Shown piece after piece: positions 1-8,586 of a stretch of 50,833 bases of DNA. Numbering within the stretch: the first letter of the stretch is position 1; each line of letters begins with the position of its first letter. Origin of the DNA: Bacteroidales bacterium (GTDB lineage: Bacteria > Bacteroidota > Bacteroidia > Bacteroidales > FEN-979); NCBI GenBank assembly GCA_035403625.1, contig DAONFN010000001.1, forward strand, positions 1 to 50,833, in the 5' to 3' direction. The notes under the pieces were generated by a model. It saw only the letters and a program-made list of their open reading frames with translations, made no database searches and had not been told where the DNA came from. Both the position numbers and the translations under genes were made by a program.

Positions 1-24
1 ACAGCGGGAAGGTGGTATTTAAGA

Positions 25-58
25 AGTGACGGGAGTGACGGAGGTGACCAGGTGACGG
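25..58. repeat. Tandem tract of 4 units (A/G)GTGAC(G/C)G, period 8-9 nt
   Basis: Read directly: agtgacgg gagtgacgg aggtgacc aggtgacgg. The 15-nt string AGTGACGGAGGTGAC (34-48) recurs identically at 14000-14014. Confidence 0.9.
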
Positions 59-62
59 TTCA

Positions 63-146
63 ATTAAAAATGAAAAATTAAAAATTACGAACTACTGCCG
101 ACTGCGGACTGCTGACTGCCGACCGGAGACTGAGTACTGGCAACTG
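63..146. repeat. 12 phase-locked heptamers (ATTAAAA-type x3, then ACTG-ending units, consensus CCGACTG)
   Basis: Read directly: attaaaa atgaaaa attaaaa attacga actactg ccgactg cggactg ctgactg ccgaccg gagactg agtactg gcaactg. This is exactly 84 nt with an unbroken 7-nt register. Confidence 0.9.
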
Positions 147-257
147 AGGCGGGGGGTACCCCGTCGGTGTGGGGTGTTAACGAGAAAAACCACGGGAACA
201 CCGAAAATCTTACGATGGCATATGAATCTTGTGTATTATTGCCGAAAAATCAACCCT

Positions 258-2171
258 ATGAGAGCAAAATCCCTTTTATTTCTCCTCCTCGGGGGAGTGA
301 TCCTCTTTTCCCTCCCGCTGGGGGGATGTAAACCCAAAAAACCCATGCAGGCACGACAGATACCCCTCGAGGATTTCTTCAAAAATCCCGACAAAGCACG
401 CTACCAGATCTCGCCCGACGGCAAATACTTCTCCTTCATGGCCCCGTATGAAAAACGGATGAACATCTTTGTGCAGGAGATCGGTTCGGAAAAAGCCACT
501 CAGCTCACCTTCGAAAAGGACCGCGACATCTCCGGCTATTTCTGGAAAAACCCCACCCGCATCGTCTTCCTGAAGGATACCGGCGGCGATGAGAACTTCC
601 GGCTGTACGGCGTGAATGTGGACGGCAGCGACCTGAAGTGCTTCACCGACTTCCCCAAGGTACGCACTGAGATCTTCGACGACCTCTACGACCTCCCCGA
701 CGAGATGATCATCGGGATGAACAAGCGCAACCCCGAAGTGTTCGATCCTTACCGCCTCAACATCGTCACGGGCGAGATGACCATGCTGGCCGAAAACCCC
801 GGCAACATTCAGGGGTGGATCCTCGACCACGCCGGCAAACTGCGCGCCGCCACCGCCATCGTCGACGGGGTGAACGCCCAGATCCTCTATCGCGAAAAGG
901 AAACCGATCCCTTCAAGCCGGTCCTCACCACCAGCTTCAAGGAAACCTGCTCGCCGCTGTTCTTCACCTTCGACAACAAGAATATCTACGCTTCGTCGAA
1001 CCTCGGCCGCGACAAAAGCGCCATCGTCGAGTTCGACATCGCCAACGGCAAGGAGGTCAAGGTACTTTACGAGAACAAGGATTTCGATGTGAACGACGTG
1101 AGCTGGTCGCATGCGAAAAAGAACCTCACCTGCGCCAACTACGAATCGGCCAAACAGGAACGCTATTTCTTCGACCAGGATGCAAAGCAGATCTACGACA
1201 AGATCCAGCAGAAACTTGGCAACTACACCTTCAACATCACCTCCATGACCCGGGCGGAGGACAAATACATGATCCGCGCCTACAGCGACCGGTCGCTGGG
1301 CAGCTATTACGTGTACGACGTGACGAAAGACGACCTGAAGAAGGTGGTCGATATCGCCCCCTGGCTGAAGGAGGAAGAGCTGTCGGAGATGCTGCCCATC
1401 GAGTACACCGCGCGCGACGGGATGAAGATCCAGGGATACCTCACCCTGCCCAACGGTTACACGATGGAGACGGCCAAAGACTTGCCGGTGGTAGTCAACC
1501 CGCACGGCGGCCCCTGGGCGCGCGACAGCTGGTACTTCAACCCCGAGATCCAGTTCCTGGCCAACCGAGGCTACGCCGTGCTGCAGATGAACTTCCGCGG
1601 ATCGACCGGTTACGGCCGCGTTTTCTGGGAAAAGTCGTTCAAGCAGTGGGGACAGACCATGCAGGATGACGTCACCGACGGCACGAAATGGCTCATCGAA
1701 AAGGGCATTGCCGATGCGAAGAAGATCGCCATTTACGGCGGAAGCTACGGCGGATACGCCACACTGCAGGGATTGGTGCGCGAGCCCGACCTCTATGCAG
1801 CCGGTGTCGATTACGTGGGCGTATCGAACCTCTTCACCTTTATGAAGACCATCCCGCCCTACTGGAAACCGATGCTCGACATGATGTACGAGATGGTGGG
1901 CAACCCGAGGGCCGACAGCGTCCAGTTCACCGCCACCTCGCCTGCACTCAACGCCGGCAAGATCAAGACCCCGTTGTTCGTGGCACAGGGCAAGAACGAC
2001 CCGCGCGTGAACATCGACGAGTCGAACCAGATCGTCGACGCCCTGAAAAAGCGGAACATCACGGTCGAATATATGGTGAAAGACAACGAAGGACACGGCT
2101 TCCACAACGAGGAGAACCGCTTCGACTTTTACCGGGCGATGGAGAAGTTCTTAGGGGAGCATCTGAAATAG
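258..2171 (+). CDS. S9-family serine peptidase (prolyl oligopeptidase / dipeptidyl aminopeptidase type), probable lipoprotein
   Basis: Nucleophile elbow GGSYGGY, downstream GKNDPRV (Asp) and EGHGFH (His), and an N-terminal beta-propeller-length region. Start moved from 174 to the ATG at 258, which gives the signal peptide MRAKSLLFLLLGGVILFSLPLGGC with a lipobox Cys. Confidence 0.88.
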   Translation: MRAKSLLFLLLGGVILFSLPLGGCKPKKPMQARQIPLEDFFKNPDKARYQISPDGKYFSFMAPYEKRMNIFVQEIGSEKATQLTFEKDRDISGYFWKNPTRIVFLKDTGGDENFRLYGVNVDGSDLKCFTDFPKVRTEIFDDLYDLPDEMIIGMNKRNPEVFDPYRLNIVTGEMTMLAENPGNIQGWILDHAGKLRAATAIVDGVNAQILYREKETDPFKPVLTTSFKETCSPLFFTFDNKNIYASSNLGRDKSAIVEFDIANGKEVKVLYENKDFDVNDVSWSHAKKNLTCANYESAKQERYFFDQDAKQIYDKIQQKLGNYTFNITSMTRAEDKYMIRAYSDRSLGSYYVYDVTKDDLKKVVDIAPWLKEEELSEMLPIEYTARDGMKIQGYLTLPNGYTMETAKDLPVVVNPHGGPWARDSWYFNPEIQFLANRGYAVLQMNFRGSTGYGRVFWEKSFKQWGQTMQDDVTDGTKWLIEKGIADAKKIAIYGGSYGGYATLQGLVREPDLYAAGVDYVGVSNLFTFMKTIPPYWKPMLDMMYEMVGNPRADSVQFTATSPALNAGKIKTPLFVAQGKNDPRVNIDESNQIVDALKKRNITVEYMVKDNEGHGFHNEENRFDFYRAMEKFLGEHLK

Positions 2172-2210
2172 TGCCCCTGGTTCCTCCAAATGGGAGAGGA
2201 GAATCGAGAA

Positions 2211-2250
2211 AAAGACCTTCCAGGTTTCCAAAATCGGGAAGGTCTTTTTT
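2211..2250. terminator. Bidirectional rho-independent terminator between convergent genes
   Basis: 11-bp perfect stem AAAGACCTTCC (2211-2221) / GGAAGGTCTTT (2237-2247), with an A-run on the 5' side and TTTTTT on the 3' side. It lies between the peptidase (+) and guanylyltransferase (-) stops. Confidence 0.8.
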
Positions 2251-2333
2251 ATTGGCTCACAATCATCAAAAATACGGCTCAAATCTCACGATGAATGAGC
2301 TTTATTTTTTTAGCGATGAGCCACAACGGAAAA

Positions 2334-3437
2334 CTACACGTATTTCTCCCCCTTTTCGAGCATCACGTCGTTGACAAACTGGCGGATCTGCTGCTCATCG
2401 GACTTGCGGCACACCAGCAGCACGTTGTCGGCTTCCACCACGATATAGTCCTCCAGCCCCTGTAACACCACCACTTTGTCTTTCGGCATGTTGACGATGC
2501 AGTTCTTTGCGTCGTACATCATCACGTTTTTACCGACTACCGCGTTGCCGTTGTCGTCGTGCGGGCGGTTTTCGTACAGCGACCCCCAGGTGCCGAGGTC
2601 AGACCAGCCGAAATCGGCTGCCAGCACGTACACGTTATCGGCGTTCTCCATTACCCCGTAGTCGATCGAGATGCTCGTGCACACGGTGTAGGTTTCGCCG
2701 ATGAAGGCTTTCTCGTCGCGCGTACCGTACTTTCCCTCACCCTGCCGGAAGAGTTTCTCGACGTCGGGCAGATGCTTTTCAAACGCCGCCAAAATGGATT
2801 TCAGCGACCAGATAAAGATCCCCGAATTCCAGAGAAAGTCGCCGCATTCGAGGAAGGTTTTGGCCAGCTCGAGGTTGGGCTTCTCGGTGAAGGTCTTCAC
2901 CTTCTTGATGTGTTCCTCTGCCGGGTACACATGCTTTTTCGAGTCGAGGTACTGGATATAGCCGTAGCCGGTGTCGGGACGGCTGGGCCGGATGCCGAGA
3001 GTGAGGAGCCAGTCGTTTTCGCCGGCGGCTTTCAGCGCCGTTTCGATGTTCTTCAGGAAAATGTCCTCCTTCAGGATGATGTGGTCGGAGGGGGCCACAA
3101 CAATACGGGCTTCGGGGTCGCGGGCAAGGATGCAGTGGTTGGCGTAAGCGATGCACGGTGCGGTGTTGCGGCGGGCCGGCTCGAGCAGGATCTGCCGGGC
3201 GGTGATTTCCGGGATCTGCTTCTGGACCAGCGATTTATATAACTGGTTGGTGACGATGTAGATGTTCTCTTTCGGGCAGATCCGCCGGAAGCGTTTGTAG
3301 GTTTGCTGGATCAGCGTCTCACCGGTACCGAGGATATCGATGAACTGCTTGGGATGGGAGGTCCGGCTCATGGGCCAGAAACGTGCGCCGATGCCGCCGG
3401 CCATGATCACGCAGTAGTTGTGCTTCGACTTTACCAT
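2334..3437 (-). CDS. manC: Mannose-1-phosphate guanylyltransferase (nucleotidyltransferase domain only, no isomerase domain)
   Basis: N-terminal IMAGGIGARFWPMSR sugar-nucleotidyltransferase G-loop. The 367-aa length and overall sequence are typical of Bacteroidota ManC-like enzymes. Confidence 0.85.
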   Translation of the reverse strand: MVKSKHNYCVIMAGGIGARFWPMSRTSHPKQFIDILGTGETLIQQTYKRFRRICPKENIYIVTNQLYKSLVQKQIPEITARQILLEPARRNTAPCIAYANHCILARDPEARIVVAPSDHIILKEDIFLKNIETALKAAGENDWLLTLGIRPSRPDTGYGYIQYLDSKKHVYPAEEHIKKVKTFTEKPNLELAKTFLECGDFLWNSGIFIWSLKSILAAFEKHLPDVEKLFRQGEGKYGTRDEKAFIGETYTVCTSISIDYGVMENADNVYVLAADFGWSDLGTWGSLYENRPHDDNGNAVVGKNVMMYDAKNCIVNMPKDKVVVLQGLEDYIVVEADNVLLVCRKSDEQQIRQFVNDVMLEKGEKYV

Positions 3438-3460
3438 AGAAGAGGAGGGTTAATTTTCTA

Positions 3461-3468
3461 CAAACATA
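3461..3468 (-). promoter_or_regulatory. Bacteroidota -7 promoter box TATGTTTG (TAnnTTTG) for manC
   Basis: The plus strand reads CAAACATA. The box lies 24 bp upstream of the ATG at 3437. Confidence 0.6.
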
Positions 3469-3473
3469 AGGAA

Positions 3474-3571
3474 AAAGATCTACGATGTACGATCTACGAT
3501 CTGGGAAGGCAGTCGGCAGTCTCCAGTCGCCAGTCGGCAGTCGGCAGTCACTTTGTTACTCTGTTACTTCC
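3474..3571. repeat. 14 phase-locked heptamers: TACGATC x3, CAGTCGG-type x6, TGTTACT-type x2
   Basis: Read directly: aaagatc tacgatg tacgatc tacgatc tgggaag gcagtcg gcagtct ccagtcg ccagtcg gcagtcg gcagtca ctttgtt actctgt tacttcc. CAGTCGG is the reverse complement of the CCGACTG unit at 98-125. Confidence 0.9.
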
Positions 3572-3572
3572 T

Positions 3573-4619
3573 TCAGAAACGCTTATAGAACTTGAACACC
3601 TCCAGCGACAGTTCACTCAGAACCCCGGCCTGGCGATGGGCATCGGAGCCTCGTGTCATTATGGTCAGAATGTAGGGTCTGTGGTGGTAATAGATGATCC
3701 CCGATTCGGAAAAATCCATGGTGTTGTCCATTCCCCTCTCGCCGAATTTGTGCGCCACCGGGATGTCGGCCGGCAGTTCTTTGATCAGACCGTCACGGAA
3801 TTTGCTGTCGGTCATCAACCGGAGGGCATAGGCCGATAATTCCCTGTTTATAAAGGTTGCATTGTAGAGCAGGCGGAAGAACTTGGAATACTGCCGCGGA
3901 GAGATCGTATAACGGGTGTTCGCCGCCTCGTAAGGGGCAATGCCGAAATCGGTAAAGTATTGATTGTACCTGGCGTGGTCGAGATGCTTCGAAAGGATAT
4001 AGGTGGCGCTGTTATCCGACTCATCGATCATGTACGAGAGAAGCTCTTCGACGGTATAGGATTTCCCGGGCCGGATCGACTCTCCTTTATACTCCTGCGA
4101 CGGAAACTCGCTCTGTGGTTTCTCATACGCGAACCGGGTTTTCAGGGTCCCCGGATGCTCCTGTTCCTGCCTCAGGTAATACAACAGTACAGGAACTTTC
4201 ATCAGGCTCCCCGGCAGGAACTCCGATTCGCAATCGATGCCCATCCACCCACTGGTAGCCATATCTTTCAGATAAACGGAAGCTTCCCGGATGCTTCCTT
4301 CCGACTTTGCCTGCTGGATCTGCTGGAGCAACCGGGCTTTCAGCTGAGAGAAGAGGGTCGATTCCGAATTTATATCCACCAGCAGGAGCGGATCGACATA
4401 TCGGTCGTTTACTGACTTTTCCCGAACGATATCGAGTGAACATGGGTCCTCCAACCGTGGCTGCTCCGATGGTGCCGGGTTGGCCGAATTCTTTCGCACC
4501 AACAGAAGGATGTTGATCATGAGTAAAACAGAAACAACAGCCATCAGGATGTATCCCAATCTTCCCATCCGCCTGCGCGGGGGCGTATCGTCGGGGGGTA
4601 CCGGGTTATGCTTTTTCAT
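3573..4619 (-). CDS. Membrane-anchored class A beta-lactamase-like serine hydrolase
   Basis: SxxK (SLMK), SDN (DESDNSAT) and KxG (HKFGERG) motifs occur in the class A order. Start set at MKKHNPVPP (4619), followed by one TM helix (LGYILMAVVSVLLMINILLLV). True beta-lactamase activity is not implied. Confidence 0.7.
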   Translation of the reverse strand: MKKHNPVPPDDTPPRRRMGRLGYILMAVVSVLLMINILLLVRKNSANPAPSEQPRLEDPCSLDIVREKSVNDRYVDPLLLVDINSESTLFSQLKARLLQQIQQAKSEGSIREASVYLKDMATSGWMGIDCESEFLPGSLMKVPVLLYYLRQEQEHPGTLKTRFAYEKPQSEFPSQEYKGESIRPGKSYTVEELLSYMIDESDNSATYILSKHLDHARYNQYFTDFGIAPYEAANTRYTISPRQYSKFFRLLYNATFINRELSAYALRLMTDSKFRDGLIKELPADIPVAHKFGERGMDNTMDFSESGIIYYHHRPYILTIMTRGSDAHRQAGVLSELSLEVFKFYKRF

Positions 4620-4739
4620 TGCAATACCATTCCAATCAGGCGGTAAAATTACGAAAAAGAACCGTAGTGATCCGGCCCGGTCCGTTCCCAAGAAAAAATG
4701 GTTGCGGGATTAAGTTTTTGATAAAGCGATAATTACACT

Positions 4740-7316
4740 TTACCGCCTGATCAATACCGTTGCCGCGGAAGCGTCGCCGGCATTCAGCCTTACCAGGTAA
4801 ATTCCCGGGCGAAATCCTGTCAGCGAAAAGGTCGTCGGTCCGGTCGGCGATACCGGCTGCACCAGGATCTTTTCGCCGGTGACAGATACCAGTTCGGCCA
4901 GGAGCGTAGGGCCATCCGGCAGTCCTTCCGGCACCAGGGTGACTTTGTCCTCCGCCGGGTTGGGGAAGATCCGGAAGGTGATCGTCCTGCCGGACCCCGA
5001 TATCCTTTCCCCGGGCTGTACCGCCTTTTCCCCTTTCTCCGAAAGGGTTACGGGAGAAAGCGGAGTGTTGCACCCGATGCAGTGCGTGGTGATGTAAGCA
5101 TGCAGGTAGCCGCCCGGCTGTACCGTTGTTCCCGGCCGCAGGAGGATGGAGTCTCCTGCGATCAGCGTTGCAGCACCGCCGGACTGAACGATAAACACCG
5201 AACCCGAATCGGCGGTTTTCACGCATTTCGCCGCCTGGCAATCGCCGGAACCCATTGCCAGGGTCACGTTCTTCAGCAGGATCTGCGCGGGCAACGGCGG
5301 GTTGACCGATACAGTGTAACTGCCGGTTGCCGGGTTTCCCGAAGCGCAATAAATGCTTGATGTCACGACGCAACTCACCACATCCCCGTCGGCCGGGATA
5401 TAGGTATAGGTTGCATTGCCGGCATTGGTTGCATTGCCGTCATTGATTTTCCACTGGTAGGAGGGAGCCGTTCCTCCATTGACCGGGGTGGCCGTGAACG
5501 TAGCCGGGGTGCCCGCACAGACAGTGTCCTGCGAGGCCGATACCGTCACGCTTACCGGCATAGGGGTACACGCCGTACCGGTGATCTGGACGTCGTCGAC
5601 AGCCCAGTAATATCCGTAAGTACCCGTGTAATTCCACCGGAACAGCACCTGGCTCTGCATGGCCGCCCCGCTTACCGCAAGGGTTACCGAAGCCGGGTTG
5701 GCCGTCGTGGCGGTATAAGTAGCCAGCGTGGTCCAGGTCGAGCCGTTGTTGGTGCTGTACGATACTGTTCCCGAAGAGCCGGTGTAAGACCGGAAATAAT
5801 GATTGAACGAAAGGTTCACCATGGTGTAGCCGGTGAGGTCGAAAACCGGTAAGACCAGGTCGGCATTCTGGGTATATCCGCTGCCGTACCCGTCGCTGTT
5901 GAGGTAGGTATAGCTGCCCGTCAGGGCCGGGAGCGGACTTACACCGGTCATCGTGCCGAAGGTCCACACCTGCCCGTTTCCGGTGTGGTCGACCTGCGAC
6001 CAACAGGAAGGAAGGGTGGCGGCGGAGAAGTTTTCGGCGAAGGGAAGTCCGGTGATGCTCACACACAGGGTGGAGAAAGAAAGATCGTTTCCGTAGAACG
6101 TGCCGTTGGCATTGGTGGCGTAAGCCCGGATATGGTAAGTCGTTCCGGCCGCAAGTCCTGTGATCGTACTGACGAAGGTACCGGTTCCGGAACCGTTGGT
6201 GGAATGATTGCCCGTCACCACCGGGTTGACTGCCGTTCCCCAGCAGATTCCTCGTGCAGTAATGGCCGATCCGCCGTCGGAGGTAATGGTGCCCCCCGAC
6301 ACGGCGCCGGTGGGGGTAACCGAAGCGACAGCGGTGGTGGTCAGCACCGGCGCCGCGACGGAAGAGGTCGCCAGCCATATAGTGGCGTTCATGATCAGCC
6401 GTTCATGATTGCCGCCGGCGTCGCCTGTCCAGCCGTTGTAGAGCACATCGCCCGAATCGCCGGTGCCGTCGTCGCAGGGGGAACTGTCGCCGATGGCGGC
6501 CACCTTGCCGTTGCCGAAGGTGGCGTAGGCAAACATGACATTGGTATTGCCGAAGGAGGAACCGGTTTTATAGAGGATGCCTTTCACCGAACTGTTGGCG
6601 GTCGGCGTAAGCGTCATGGAGTTGCCGCTGCTCCACATGGCGGAGGTTACGTCGCCCATGATGCCGTGCAGGATCGGGTCGGTGGGCAGAGAGGGGATAT
6701 TGGTTGTGGTTTGCGAAAAAGAGGCGTTGTCGAAAGTGATGCCGAACGGATTTGTCTGGACTGTGTTGGAGCTCATCAGGTCGTTCCAGATCTCGGGCGA
6801 GTCGTACCCGTCGTTGTTCCGGTCGGAGCTGGCGTGGTCGGCCACCATGAAGAGCCCCCCGCCGTTCTGTACGAACAGCATGATGGCCGTTTTTTCAGCA
6901 TCCGTGTACAGGATATTGGGTTCGCAGTCGATGAACACCTTGTAATTTGACAGATCCTGCGGATTCGATGTATTCCCATAGGTGATGGCGCCGTTGTAAG
7001 GGAGCGATTCCACGATATATCCCTTCTTCACCAGATCAATTCCCCACGCCGAGATGCCGCCATACCAGTAAGTTTCGGCTGTGGAGGAGGTGATACCCGA
7101 TTGCGCGGGAGTCGGGATCTGCTGCGGGTTCGATTCGGTGCCGGTCCCGGCTACCGGAGGACCGCCCGTGTAGCCAATGTTATGCAGGTCGGCGTCGATC
7201 ACCCAATCGGCGTTACCTGCGCTCTCGGCCTTGTTGCTGTTGAACAGGATTTTGACCTGGGCCCGGAGGAGAAAAGGAAAGAGGATCAGGAAAAATACGG
7301 GAAGAAATCGCCTCAT
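4740..7316 (-). CDS. T9SS-secreted multidomain protein (unassigned N-terminal domain, Fn3-like, MAM/choice-of-anchor-J-like beta-sandwich, Ig-like module, C-terminal T9SS sorting domain)
   Basis: Signal peptide MRRFLPVFFLILFPFLLRAQ (start 7316; the ORF-track start at 7355 overlaps the promoter box). C-terminus FRIFPNPAEDKVTL...GIYLVRLNAGD...VLIRR matches the T9SS CTD pattern. An internal ~150-aa module is shared with the genes at 41372 and 47641. Confidence 0.8.
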   Translation of the reverse strand: MRRFLPVFFLILFPFLLRAQVKILFNSNKAESAGNADWVIDADLHNIGYTGGPPVAGTGTESNPQQIPTPAQSGITSSTAETYWYGGISAWGIDLVKKGYIVESLPYNGAITYGNTSNPQDLSNYKVFIDCEPNILYTDAEKTAIMLFVQNGGGLFMVADHASSDRNNDGYDSPEIWNDLMSSNTVQTNPFGITFDNASFSQTTTNIPSLPTDPILHGIMGDVTSAMWSSGNSMTLTPTANSSVKGILYKTGSSFGNTNVMFAYATFGNGKVAAIGDSSPCDDGTGDSGDVLYNGWTGDAGGNHERLIMNATIWLATSSVAAPVLTTTAVASVTPTGAVSGGTITSDGGSAITARGICWGTAVNPVVTGNHSTNGSGTGTFVSTITGLAAGTTYHIRAYATNANGTFYGNDLSFSTLCVSITGLPFAENFSAATLPSCWSQVDHTGNGQVWTFGTMTGVSPLPALTGSYTYLNSDGYGSGYTQNADLVLPVFDLTGYTMVNLSFNHYFRSYTGSSGTVSYSTNNGSTWTTLATYTATTANPASVTLAVSGAAMQSQVLFRWNYTGTYGYYWAVDDVQITGTACTPMPVSVTVSASQDTVCAGTPATFTATPVNGGTAPSYQWKINDGNATNAGNATYTYIPADGDVVSCVVTSSIYCASGNPATGSYTVSVNPPLPAQILLKNVTLAMGSGDCQAAKCVKTADSGSVFIVQSGGAATLIAGDSILLRPGTTVQPGGYLHAYITTHCIGCNTPLSPVTLSEKGEKAVQPGERISGSGRTITFRIFPNPAEDKVTLVPEGLPDGPTLLAELVSVTGEKILVQPVSPTGPTTFSLTGFRPGIYLVRLNAGDASAATVLIRR

Positions 7317-7352
7317 GGTGGAAAAAGGACTATGAAATTTCGGATGGGGCGA

Positions 7353-7360
7353 CAAAATTA
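7353..7360 (-). promoter_or_regulatory. -7 promoter box TAATTTTG for the T9SS cargo gene
   Basis: The plus strand reads CAAAATTA. The box lies 37 bp upstream of the ATG at 7316. Confidence 0.55.
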
Positions 7361-7394
7361 CATAAATAAATGGCTGATAATCCTCTATCTACCA

Positions 7395-7434
7395 CTCGTC
7401 ATTCGTCACTCGTCACTCGTCATTCGTCATTCGG
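7395..7434. repeat. 5.7 tandem heptamers (C/T)TCGTCA (minus strand TGACGA(G/A))
   Basis: Read directly: ctcgtca ttcgtca ctcgtca ctcgtca ttcgtca ttcgg. The tract overlaps the last 7 codons and the stop codon of the SprT-like gene. Confidence 0.9.
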
Positions 7435-8219
7435 ATTACCGGTGCCACGGCACTTACCAGATAGACCCGGTTTGTTTGCAGGCAGAGGCAGCGGTAGCGG
7501 CTGCGCATCTTTTCTTTTTTTCGGAAGAAGCGGCGTCCGTGGAGGGTGAAAACAGCATCGAAAGGCAGCTCCTCCAGCCGCACGGTATTATCGGGCGGAT
7601 CGTATTGCTGCAGGGCCGCGGAAAGTTTATGATCGGCGGAAGAGGAGGCGCTTGGGTTTTCGATGTGTTTGTTCAGGATGCGCAGCAGGCGGTCGGGAAA
7701 GATCTCCGGAAGCAGATGCGGTTCCAGCAGGCGGCGGAAGGTGGATTTCCAGGCTTCGCCGTGGGGTTGTGGCCGGCGTTTGCGGCGGAGGGATAATTTC
7801 TTCAGCGATGCCAGGTAGTCGAGTTCAACGCGGTGGTGCGCTATTTCATGGACGAGGGTGATGAGAAAGGCGTAAGGGTTCAGCGTGCCGTTTACCGTGA
7901 TCCGGGCGGGACGGGGGCTGCTGGCAGGCCGGAAATCACCCGCTTTCGATGTGCGGTGGGGCACCACGTGCAGGCTGACCGGGAATTCAAGAAGCTGCAG
8001 AACGACCGTATCGAGGGCAGCGCCGGGTACATGGGGCCCAAGGACGGTCCGCAGTTTTTCCTCATAAGAGGGTTTGGGAACGGTGGCGGGCTTGGGAGCG
8101 GGCTTTCCGTTTCCCGGTTTCGGACCGGCCGGGGGCTCTTTCCGGGTTTGTTTTTTCGCCGGTTTTTCCCCGAATCCGGATTTGGAGGGAAGGAAGGGGA
8201 ATAAAGAGAGTTGCATCAA
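7413..8219 (-). CDS. SprT-like zinc metalloprotease-domain protein with a Pro/Lys-rich N-terminal extension
   Basis: HExxH motif in LVHEIAHH and SprT-like length after a low-complexity N-terminus (KPAKKQTRKEPPAGPKPGNGKPAPKP). The C-terminal IRMTNDE* is encoded by the heptamer tract. Confidence 0.65.
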   Translation of the reverse strand: MMQLSLFPFLPSKSGFGEKPAKKQTRKEPPAGPKPGNGKPAPKPATVPKPSYEEKLRTVLGPHVPGAALDTVVLQLLEFPVSLHVVPHRTSKAGDFRPASSPRPARITVNGTLNPYAFLITLVHEIAHHRVELDYLASLKKLSLRRKRRPQPHGEAWKSTFRRLLEPHLLPEIFPDRLLRILNKHIENPSASSSADHKLSAALQQYDPPDNTVRLEELPFDAVFTLHGRRFFRKKEKMRSRYRCLCLQTNRVYLVSAVAPVIRMTNDE

Positions 8220-8235
8220 TAAAATCGAAACGAAT

Positions 8236-8385
8236 TTATTTGAACGTCGGGCAGTTGCATCCCCGCGGATGAATGGCGCGGCGCTGCGGGTACCGTTGCG
8301 GGCTGCATGATACAGCCAACAGGAGCACGATCAGCAGGATTGGGACGATGGCCCGCAGGAACCCAAATGATTGTCTGTTCAGCAT
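8236..8385 (-). CDS. Possible 49-aa small lipoprotein (hypothetical)
   Basis: MLNRQSFGFLRAIVPILLIVLLLAVSCSPQRYPQRRAIHPRGCNCPTFK has an n-region, an h-region and a lipobox-like LAVSC. There is no homology support. It sits in the 367-bp divergent spacer. Confidence 0.25.
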   Translation of the reverse strand: MLNRQSFGFLRAIVPILLIVLLLAVSCSPQRYPQRRAIHPRGCNCPTFK

Positions 8386-8586
8386 ATCCGCGATAAAGGT
8401 AACGAAAACATAAACACACCCATGACCGATGCCCGGCACCTCATTTGAAACGGTATTTCTACTGAATTCGTATCCGTTCAGTTTTGATTTTGGATGGTTC
8501 CACCCCAACGGGGCGGGAAATACCCAGTGATCATTCGGCGAGCTACCAGGGTTGTTTTTCCTATTTTTCGTACTTTCGCATGACGT

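Noticed and set aside
151-176. A G-rich stretch with the GGGGTACCCC palindrome, considered as a G-quadruplex or regulatory hairpin.
   Set aside because: There are only three usable G-runs. The palindrome has no loop, is 10 bp long, and has no supporting context.
174-257. ORF-track upstream starts: 174 (peptidase), 4691, 7355, 13959, 14210, 17048, 18891, 21100, 21224, 23237, 37529, 39317.
   Set aside because: The downstream ATGs give canonical signal peptides or conserved N-termini. Several upstream starts are non-ATG codons (TTG at 21100 and 21224) or overlap the predicted -7 promoter boxes or the preceding gene.
276-2105. Long antisense or off-frame ORFs overlapping well-supported genes. 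Examples: 276..2105(-), 815..1669(+), 5440..6378(-), 5985..6950(+), 15612..15974(-), 17153..17995(-), 30458..32044(+), 32259..33185(-), 34993..35685(-), 42395..43444(-), 48202..48978(-).
   Set aside because: Each lies inside a gene with clear family motifs on the other frame or strand. Their translations are Arg/Gly/Pro/His-rich low-complexity strings, typical of shadow ORFs in moderately GC-rich DNA. None has a start context or a promoter box.
3474-3571. Short-repeat tracts (also 63-146, 15416-15551, 33393-33487, 37477-37516) considered as CRISPR arrays.
   Set aside because: The units are 7-9 nt and directly abutting, with no unique spacers of 25-40 nt, no 24-48-nt repeats and no cas genes in the window.
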